Under the pieces are notes generated by a model, which was not told where the DNA came from, searched no databases, and saw nothing but the letters and a program-made list of their open reading frames with translations. From Candidatus Saccharicenans sp. (lineage in GTDB: Bacteria; Acidobacteriota; Aminicenantia; Aminicenantales; Saccharicenantaceae): a stretch of 64,000 bases of DNA. The stretch lies in contig JAOAIU010000024.1 in the NCBI GenBank assembly GCA_026414545.1, forward strand, positions 3,695 to 67,694, written 5' to 3'. The position numbers and the translations under genes were made by a program. Of this stretch, positions 37,456 through 44,423 are shown piece after piece (position 1 is the first letter of the stretch; the number at the start of each line of letters is the position of its first letter).

Positions 37456-38403
37456 ATGAAAGCCAACAAACTCTATCAGGCAGCAGAAAAAGCCATCTTC
37501 CAATCCCTGAAACTCAAACCCGGTGAGAGTTTTCTCCTGGTCACCGATAAACAGAAAATGGAAATAGCGGAAGCCCTGGCCTTTTATGCCAAGAAGGCCG
37601 GAGCGGAAACCACCACCTACCTGATGACTGAAACCCTGCGACCCATCACCGAACCCACCAAATTGTTCAAGCTGCTGACGGAAAAGGCAGATGTCATCAC
37701 CTACCTCCTGGATGCCCGGATTCAGGAAAAGCCATTCCGCGGCTTCATGGTCAGCCAGGGGATGAAGCTCAGCCGCATCTGCATGATGCCCGGGATAACC
37801 GTGGACATGATGGAAAGGCTGGTCAACATCGATTTCACCAGGATGAACGAGTTCACCAAGAAGGTCATCAGGGCGATGAAAGACGCCGACCGGGTGATCA
37901 TCGAAAATGAGGCTGGGACCAACATCAGCTTCAGTGTCAAGGGACGGGAGTGGCACAACGATAACGGCGACATCGGTAAAAAGGGCAAGCACGGCAACCT
38001 GCCGGCCGGGGAATGCTACACCTGCCCGGTGGAAGAAACCTTCACCGGAAAGCTGGTCATCAGCCTGATCGACGACAAGCTGGGCCACGGCGAGATGGAG
38101 TTCAAGGAAGGCCGGCTGGTGCGCTGGAAAGGCCAGGGCATCGAAGCCATTGTGAAGAATATCGGCTCCGACCAGACCGGGTTTATCATCGGTGAGTTTG
38201 GCATCGGCACCAACCCCGGCGCCCGCATCTGTCCCAACATGCTGGAAGCAGAAAAGGCCTTCGGTACGGTCCATTTCGCCATAGGGGATTCTTACGGCCT
38301 CGGGAAAAACAAGAGCAAGCACCATTATGATGCCCTGGTGGATAAGGTAACCATCATTGCCAAGGGAAAGTACATCGCCAAGAACGGAAAATTCCTGATC
38401 TAG
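37456..38403 (+). CDS. Aminopeptidase, M29 (AmpS/PepS)-like (tentative)
   Basis: 315 aa. The layout LKLKPGESFLLVTD... / GNLPAGECYTCPVE / GEFGIGTNP / VHFAIGDS resembles thermophilic-metalloprotease-family aminopeptidases. It lies downstream of the OPT transporter. Confidence 0.5.
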   Translation: MKANKLYQAAEKAIFQSLKLKPGESFLLVTDKQKMEIAEALAFYAKKAGAETTTYLMTETLRPITEPTKLFKLLTEKADVITYLLDARIQEKPFRGFMVSQGMKLSRICMMPGITVDMMERLVNIDFTRMNEFTKKVIRAMKDADRVIIENEAGTNISFSVKGREWHNDNGDIGKKGKHGNLPAGECYTCPVEETFTGKLVISLIDDKLGHGEMEFKEGRLVRWKGQGIEAIVKNIGSDQTGFIIGEFGIGTNPGARICPNMLEAEKAFGTVHFAIGDSYGLGKNKSKHHYDALVDKVTIIAKGKYIAKNGKFLI

Positions 38404-39082
38404 CGTACGGCCAGAAAGGAAAAAACTTAACTTATCCGTTGAGGTCAGAGGGTGGAGTTTCTTCCCGGCAGGCTCGGGTCAGGCGCGTTTCTGCAGGGCC
38501 GGATGTGAAAAAAAATTCGTTAAGCCGCTAAGACTGATAGCTTGGCCTTGCCTCTCTCATCAAGGGCGGTTTAACTTTTCTGGCTATAGCGTTCCGGGCT
38601 ATTCCGGATAAAATTGATTCAGCTTTTTCTGACCGCCTCTGTCGCCTTCCGGCAGCCTGCCCAAAAAAGCCTATCCCTGTTCAATTGTCACCAAAACCAC
38701 GAGCTCGCAGTCATTAAGAGAAGGTTTTGACCACTGGCATTAAATTCACGATTGTGTTCGGCAGGTAAAATCCTGTTGTCATTCCCGGCGACGGCAGTTA
38801 ACGACTTTTGACTTCACGGGCCACAAGACGTGAAAAACCGTGCTTCTTTCCAATCAGGAGTAAAGGTGACCGGCTGGCTTCATTATCTTCAGACCTCGAC
38901 AAAACAATCGGTCTCGAAACAATCCTCTCTTACCGATAGACATAATACAAGAATCCCGCCCAAAACCTAGAAGGGTTCAAGGCTCATAACCCGAAGCACA
39001 CTACTTTCTTCAGTGAGAAAATCCTATTATATTATGCGTCTTTGATAGAGACGCTAACAATGCCGGGTCAGGTCAAAATGGC

Positions 39083-39097
39083 TGGCACGCCACTTGC
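39083..39097 (+). promoter_or_regulatory. Sigma54 (RpoN) -24/-12 promoter TGGCAC-N5-TTGC
   Basis: TGGCAC at 39083-39088, GCCAC at 39089-39093, TTGC at 39094-39097, so the GG/GC spacing is exactly canonical. RBS AAAGGAGG (39112-39119) and the ATG at 39125 follow immediately. Confidence 0.75.
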
Positions 39098-39124
39098 TCT
39101 TTAAGCAGGCGAAAGGAGGTTAAA

Positions 39125-39349
39125 ATGAAAAAGGCATTAGCCGTTACCATGACCACAATTATTCTTTTCTCCACACTTTTGCTTATTCCCCTGGCCAGCC
39201 AGGAAGTGAACCCGGCCGATTCCTGCTGGAATAACTGGGAGAGATGCCGGGCCCGGGCCCTGCAGTCCGACTTCGGTACGATAAGAACCACCCTGGCCCT
39301 GACCCTGTGCGACATCGCCCTGGGCAAGTGTTTGCTGAACGCCGTCTGA
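39125..39349 (+). CDS. Secreted twin-CX6C mini-protein, paralog 1 (74 aa precursor)
   Basis: Strong RBS and signal peptide MKKALAVTMTTIILFSTLLLIPLAS. The mature part is about 48 aa with Cys34/41/62/69. It is colinear with the next ORF, with all four Cys at identical positions and shared ERCxARAL and LxLCD blocks. Confidence 0.6.
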   Translation: MKKALAVTMTTIILFSTLLLIPLASQEVNPADSCWNNWERCRARALQSDFGTIRTTLALTLCDIALGKCLLNAV

Positions 39350-39366
39350 TTAAACAAGGAGGACCC

Positions 39367-39600
39367 GTGAAAAGAAAACTGGCTCTGGCACTTGCCATTC
39401 TGATCGGCCTCTCTATCTTCCTCAGCTCACCTTCTAACTCCCGGGCAACCGAAAAACAAGATATCTGCCTTTTAATCTTTGAGAGATGCGTGGCCCGGGC
39501 TCTGCTGGCCGACACCAGTACTCTTTCCACCTGTAATGCTCTCCAGCTCTGCGACAACCAAAGGCTCGCCTGCTATATTCTGATGATGATAATGATCTGA
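39367..39600 (+). CDS. Secreted twin-CX6C mini-protein, paralog 2 (77 aa precursor, GTG start)
   Basis: RBS AAGGAGG lies 5 nt before the GTG at 39367. The signal peptide is (M)KRKLALALAILIGLSIFLSSPSNS. It has Cys34/41/62/69 plus an extra Cys56 and a hydrophobic tail YILMMIMI. The track shows it only inside the longer 39244..39600 frame. Confidence 0.55.
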   Translation: MKRKLALALAILIGLSIFLSSPSNSRATEKQDICLLIFERCVARALLADTSTLSTCNALQLCDNQRLACYILMMIMI

Positions 39601-39614
39601 ACAGGCGAAAAAAA

Positions 39615-39648
39615 GGGGCTCCGGCCAACAGGGTCAGAGCCCCTTTTT
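39615..39648 (+). terminator. Intra-operon rho-independent terminator/attenuator after the two peptide genes
   Basis: Stem GGGGCTC (39615-39621) / GAGCCCC (39637-39643) with a 15-nt loop, flanked by an A-run upstream and TTTTT (39644-39648) downstream. Confidence 0.6.
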
Positions 39649-39673
39649 GCAAACTTAGAGAAGGAGGATTAAG

Positions 39674-40681
39674 ATGACTAAGACAAAAGGACAAACCGGG
39701 CTCCTGGACAGATTAATTCGGTTGCTCCTTCTGACTTTTTTAATAATCACTCCACATTCTGCACAGGGGCAGCAGCTAAAGATCCGGACAGCCAAAGAGA
39801 TTCCGCTCGCCGGAGCCAAGGATCGGCCTTTCTTCTTCAAGCCGGTAACCATGCAATTCTCTCCAGCTGGACTCCTGATTTCAGAATCCGGAGAAAACTG
39901 CCTGAAGCTGGTCGGAACCGATGGCCGACTGAAATTGACTATCGGCAAGCAGGGGCCAGGACCTGAGGAATTCGATTCCCCGATGGGCCTGGACCTTTTC
40001 GAAAACAGGATCTATGTGGCCGATTCTTTCAATCGCCAGGTCAAAATCTTCAATCTGGAGGGCAAGCTCCTGGGCAGTTTCAGAACCGACATAATACCTG
40101 TTCACCTGGTGGTGCTGGCCGCGGACAGGATCATCGTTTCCAACCGCCCCAACCCGTTGACTGGCCAAGAATCCATTCTTTATTGTTATGATTCCCGGGG
40201 AACGAAGAAATGGCAAGCGGTTAACCCTGTTCCTTCACCCGATTCTGTTTATTTCAGCTTGATCAACGAAGTCTTCCTGAAAAAAGACCCAAACGGAAAC
40301 GTGTTCCTGATTCACAGATACAACGACCCTCAGATCCTGAAAATTGATGCCGAGGGAAAGATAACCGGGAAAATTAAGCTGGATGAGTCCTATCCCCTTA
40401 ACCGTGTCGAGATCCCTCTCAAAAACGGAAAGAAACAAATCATCATAATCTGCTGGAATGTGGCCCATCACGGGGATAAGTTTTACCTCCAGGTACCGGA
40501 TAAAGATAGACGGGGCGACTTTGTCCCGGGAAAAGAAGTCTTCGTTATCGATAGCAATGGCCAGGTCGTCGAAAAAATAAGGTTTCCCCAGTCCGTTCGT
40601 CTCCTGGCCACCGACGGCTCAACCTTCTACATTATTAACACGGAAGATGAACTCTATGCCTACGGGGTGGACCAGGAATGA
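39674..40681 (+). CDS. Exported NHL-repeat six-bladed beta-propeller protein
   Basis: Signal-like N-terminus (LLDRLIRLLLLTFLIITPHSAQG). NHL-type repeat units are present, e.g. GKQGPGPEEFDSPMGLDLFENRIYVADSFNRQVKIFNLEGKLLGSF. RBS AAGGAGG. Confidence 0.7.
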   Translation: MTKTKGQTGLLDRLIRLLLLTFLIITPHSAQGQQLKIRTAKEIPLAGAKDRPFFFKPVTMQFSPAGLLISESGENCLKLVGTDGRLKLTIGKQGPGPEEFDSPMGLDLFENRIYVADSFNRQVKIFNLEGKLLGSFRTDIIPVHLVVLAADRIIVSNRPNPLTGQESILYCYDSRGTKKWQAVNPVPSPDSVYFSLINEVFLKKDPNGNVFLIHRYNDPQILKIDAEGKITGKIKLDESYPLNRVEIPLKNGKKQIIIICWNVAHHGDKFYLQVPDKDRRGDFVPGKEVFVIDSNGQVVEKIRFPQSVRLLATDGSTFYIINTEDELYAYGVDQE

Positions 40682-41181
40682 AGAAAACGGCTCTTATTTT
40701 CCCGGCTCTTGTTCTTATGCTCATTACTTTTGGGCCTGAAGTCCTTCTGCCTGCAGTCGGCCTCCAGACCCAAGGGCCCGCTATCTGCTCCTCGCTCGAA
40801 GAAATCGCCGGCTACCGGGAACAGCCCCTGATCCTGGTGTTCATCTCCCTGGCCTGCCACGTCTGCTGGGAAGAGCTCTTTGAGATGAAAGATTTCGTAG
40901 AAAAGATGGCTCTGCCCATCAATCTCGTCGGAGTTTCGACCGAGAGCCGGGAGCAGCTGGAAAATTTCGTCCGCCGCTATTCCTTCAGCTATCCGATAAT
41001 CGAAGACAGGAACAAGACCTTATTCAGGCGATTCCGGGTCAGGCTCGAACCGTTTGTCGTTATCCTAGATTCAAAGGGCGAAGTCTTTCACCTGGATGAC
41101 CCCATCCTCGATTTCGAGGCAAGGCGAGACCTGAACAAGAAGAAAATCCTGGAGCTGGTCGAGAAAAAAGACTGGCCTTAA
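40678..41181 (+). CDS. Exported TlpA/ResA-like thioredoxin-fold thiol:disulfide oxidoreductase (CHVC active site)
   Basis: Signal peptide MKKTALIFPALVLMLITFG. PLILVFISLACHVCWEEL is a Trx-fold CxxC motif in the usual beta1-alpha1 position, and FSYPIIED...FRV...PFVVILD fits the redoxin family. ATGA overlap with the NHL gene implies translational coupling. Confidence 0.7.
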   Translation: MKKTALIFPALVLMLITFGPEVLLPAVGLQTQGPAICSSLEEIAGYREQPLILVFISLACHVCWEELFEMKDFVEKMALPINLVGVSTESREQLENFVRRYSFSYPIIEDRNKTLFRRFRVRLEPFVVILDSKGEVFHLDDPILDFEARRDLNKKKILELVEKKDWP

Positions 41182-41400
41182 AGATCATACTTTCCTACCA
41201 ACAAAGCTTGAATTGCTCCCGGCCGGCCTGGTCGTCCGGATGTTGCCGATAAGATATCCTGAATTCTGGCTTAATCTTACCTTCCAGAAAAGCCCAGCCT
41301 GAAAATCCTTATATTTTTAGTTGAAAAATCCTGGTTTTTTTATAAATTAGAAAATAATATGAAGAAATCCAGGAAAGAAGATTAAATAGGACTGGCAACC

Positions 41401-42390
41401 ATGGGCAAATTTGACCTGAAAGTCCTCCTTCCCTACTACCAGGAGGTGGCCGTCCTGAAATATGGCGGGACCCTGGACTTCGACCGTCTGGAAAGATCCA
41501 TGGAACCGGTCAGGCTGGGGCAGGAAGAATTTTCCTACCAGCACCTGGAGATGCTGAAGCGGGACAACCTTTTCCCGGCCTGGTGGAAATTGCCGGAGTT
41601 AACCAGGCCAGAACTCGAAGCCCTGAAAGATGTTTTCCGGAACCCTCAGCCCGGGGACCAGAACCTGGTTCAGAAGCTGTTCGATATCTTTAAGAATATA
41701 GAAATCCTGTCCTGTCTGCTGCGGGTCATCTGCCCTCAGCATTACGGGATTTACAGCGCCCCGGTGGAGAACCTGCTATCGATCAAGGCCGAGACTCCGG
41801 TCAAAAAATACCTGGTTTACCTGGAAAATCTGGCCGAACTCCAGGAAGAATATGGCCTGGAGCGGATAGCCGATGTGGACATGGCTCTGTTTGCCCTTTG
41901 CTGCCTTCTGGCCGAAGGTTATATCCGGCAGAACCCTGACTATCGCCAGATCTATCTTGACTACCTGGAACAACCCAACCTGATCAAGAGAATCTCAGCC
42001 CGCAACGCCCTCAGAAACATCCGGCAGGAAAATATTTACTACCTGGACCTGGCTGAGTCCTTCCTGGAAACTGACCCGGAAATCGCCGGCATTCTGGCTG
42101 GCAAGGAACTGGAATGCCTGGTCAACGACTTATGGGAAAATGAAAAAAAACGGGCAGGTTACAAACCCTATAAAACTTCGAACATGCCGGAGAAACTCGA
42201 GGAGCTGGCCTTCAGGAAGGTAATCGGCGACCAGGAAAAAGAAGACCTGCAAGAATGGTGGAATATCAGGAATGATTGTGTCCACCTCAACCTGTCAGAG
42301 GCCAGCGAGCCAGAGCTAAAGGTATTACGGGACCGGGTCAGCGAAATGATCCTTGGCCTGGCCGACCTTAAGGCAAGAATTAAGACCTGA
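41401..42390 (+). CDS. Hypothetical protein with C-terminal HEPN-like Rx4H motif
   Basis: 329 aa, no signal peptide. WWNIRNDCVHLN (R290-H295, nt 42268-42285) lies in a predicted helical C-terminal region about 35 aa from the end, as in many HEPN/Abi RNase domains. I did not recognise the N-terminal two-thirds. Confidence 0.4.
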   Translation: MGKFDLKVLLPYYQEVAVLKYGGTLDFDRLERSMEPVRLGQEEFSYQHLEMLKRDNLFPAWWKLPELTRPELEALKDVFRNPQPGDQNLVQKLFDIFKNIEILSCLLRVICPQHYGIYSAPVENLLSIKAETPVKKYLVYLENLAELQEEYGLERIADVDMALFALCCLLAEGYIRQNPDYRQIYLDYLEQPNLIKRISARNALRNIRQENIYYLDLAESFLETDPEIAGILAGKELECLVNDLWENEKKRAGYKPYKTSNMPEKLEELAFRKVIGDQEKEDLQEWWNIRNDCVHLNLSEASEPELKVLRDRVSEMILGLADLKARIKT

Positions 42391-42516
42391 GCCGCCCAGG
42401 AGCATTTTTCTCACCAAATATTTCTTTTTCCTGGCCTTAATGAGCAAGAAAGTCGAAATCGGTCTGGCCAGGGTCTTAATACCGGCGGGACGGCAACGTT
42501 TATGACCCCGCTTGAT

Positions 42517-42536
42517 ATATGAATAGTTATTCATAT
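42517..42536. repeat. 20-bp palindrome ATATGAATA-GT-TATTCATAT (operator candidate)
   Basis: Perfect 9-bp arms with a 2-bp centre, in the AT-rich intergenic region about 185 nt upstream of the Tat-signal gene. Confidence 0.5.
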
Positions 42537-42720
42537 GTTCCTGGCCTGAACTACCAGAGCCAACTACATGTTAATTACCTGGATGGGTTCGGTAATCTCC
42601 AGCTCGTGGCTGCTTCTTGGTAAGGCGCGGGCTTGATGGTTGAGTAATTCTCTCCGGTTATGTTAAGCTGGCTCTAATGATTGGCCATGAAACTTTGGAT
42701 TTTCTCTGGAGGCAGTAATC

Positions 42721-44190
42721 ATGAAGACTCTAAAGAGGCGTGATTTTCTGAAAATTTCGGCCGGCAGCGGCGCGGCCGCGGTCGTGGCCCCGGCCCTGGC
42801 CAAATCCAGTCCTAAACCGGGCCAGAGTCGGCAGTGGACTTCTCCCCTGGCCAAAGGCCTGGTCAGTCCGGGCGGCCGAACCAGGGTCAAGGTGGCTAAA
42901 ATTTATATGGGTCTGCCCGAACCCCACTGGCCAAAGCCCTCGCTCAATCTGCAGGAAGAAATCAAAGCCTATGAAAATCAGTTCAGCCTGATGAAGGATG
43001 AATTCTCTGATGTCGATTTTGTGGTCAACATCCTGGCCAGCAAACCCGAGGATGTGCTGCAGCAGGCCGATAGGCTAAAGGAAACTGACGGCATCCTGGC
43101 CATCCACCTGACCATCTGGATAACTCCCATCCTGGAAACCATCCTGAAATTTAAGAAGCCCACAGTTCTTTTTGCCGCCCCTTATTCCGGGCACGAATGG
43201 ACCTACTTCGGCGCTCTGATGAAACAGGAAAAGGGTGAATTGCTGGACTGCTTCCTCAGCAGCGACCGGCGGGAGCTGGCCAGGGCAGTTCGTCCCTTCC
43301 GGGCTATTCATCATCTCCGGGAAGCCAGGATCCTGAACCTGACCACTGCACCCTTTGAAGACTATGCCGGGAAGGTCAGAGAAAAATTCGGCACAGAAAT
43401 AAAGAGAATTTCCCTGGACCGGGTGGAAAAGATCTTCGCGGCCATTGGTGAGACTGAGGCCCGCCGCGAGGCTGACCTCTGGTACAGGGGTGCAGAAAGA
43501 GTGGTCGAACCATCGCCGGAAGAAGTCTATAAATCGGCCCGCCTGGCCCTGGCCTTTGAAAAGCTGGTGGAAGAAGAACAGGCCACCGCTCTGACCATCG
43601 ACTGTTACGGCACCATGTGGGATAAGACCATAAAACTGCCGGCCTATCCCTGCCTGGGTTTTAGCCGGCTCAACAACCGCGGCCTCGGGGGGATCTGCGA
43701 ATCCGACCTGCGCTCGGCCATAACCCATATCATCCTTCAAGGATTATCCGGAAAACCAGGCTTTATCAGCGACCCGACGGTTGACGAAGCCAGAGATTAT
43801 ATACTCCTGGCCCACTGCATGGGCACGGTCAACATGGACGGCCCGGGAAAGCCTGGCCACCCGTACAAGCTCAGAACCGTCATGGAGCGGCAGGAAGGCG
43901 TGGTTCCTCAGGTGGAAATGCGCCTCGGGGAAAAGGTGACCCAGGCCATCATCGTGGGCACCGAGCAAATTCTTTATTTCACCGGTGAAATCGTGGACAC
44001 ACCGGTCAGACTCGAGGATGACCGTGGCTGCCGCACCAAGATTGCGGTGAGGGTTGACGGCAGCCTGGAAAAACTCTGGCAGAACTGGTCTCATGGCCTG
44101 CACCGGGTAACCTGTTACGGAAATCTGGCCAGAGAACTGCGGATGCTGTCCCGGTTCAAGAAACTGGAACTTGTAAACGAGGCGATATAA
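42721..44190 (+). CDS. Tat-signal protein; body tentatively resembles the FucI/AraA sugar-isomerase-like superfamily
   Basis: MKTLKRRDFLKISAGSGAAAVVAPALA is a clear twin-arginine signal. The C-terminal ...SHGLHRVTCYGNLARELRMLSRFKKLELV resembles the HH..x..GD...L..LA..LGI end of fucose/arabinose-isomerase-like proteins. The function call is weak. Confidence 0.4.
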   Translation: MKTLKRRDFLKISAGSGAAAVVAPALAKSSPKPGQSRQWTSPLAKGLVSPGGRTRVKVAKIYMGLPEPHWPKPSLNLQEEIKAYENQFSLMKDEFSDVDFVVNILASKPEDVLQQADRLKETDGILAIHLTIWITPILETILKFKKPTVLFAAPYSGHEWTYFGALMKQEKGELLDCFLSSDRRELARAVRPFRAIHHLREARILNLTTAPFEDYAGKVREKFGTEIKRISLDRVEKIFAAIGETEARREADLWYRGAERVVEPSPEEVYKSARLALAFEKLVEEEQATALTIDCYGTMWDKTIKLPAYPCLGFSRLNNRGLGGICESDLRSAITHIILQGLSGKPGFISDPTVDEARDYILLAHCMGTVNMDGPGKPGHPYKLRTVMERQEGVVPQVEMRLGEKVTQAIIVGTEQILYFTGEIVDTPVRLEDDRGCRTKIAVRVDGSLEKLWQNWSHGLHRVTCYGNLARELRMLSRFKKLELVNEAI

Positions 44191-44423
44191 AGAGAAGAAA
44201 GAAATTCGGCGGGGCAGAAAGGTCATTGGTTTCAGTCTTTTGATTTTGCCCTCCGCGGGTTTTCTGACTGCCAGCCAAGACTCGTTCTTGAACCCGGGGC
44301 CACTTCCAAACAGACCTCTTAACCTGGAGATACCATGTCTTAACCTGTAAGAAATTTCCATTTGAATTGAAGCCCGGGAAAAATATATATTTTCTGTCTT
44401 AAGCTCAAACCAAGGAGCTGCCC

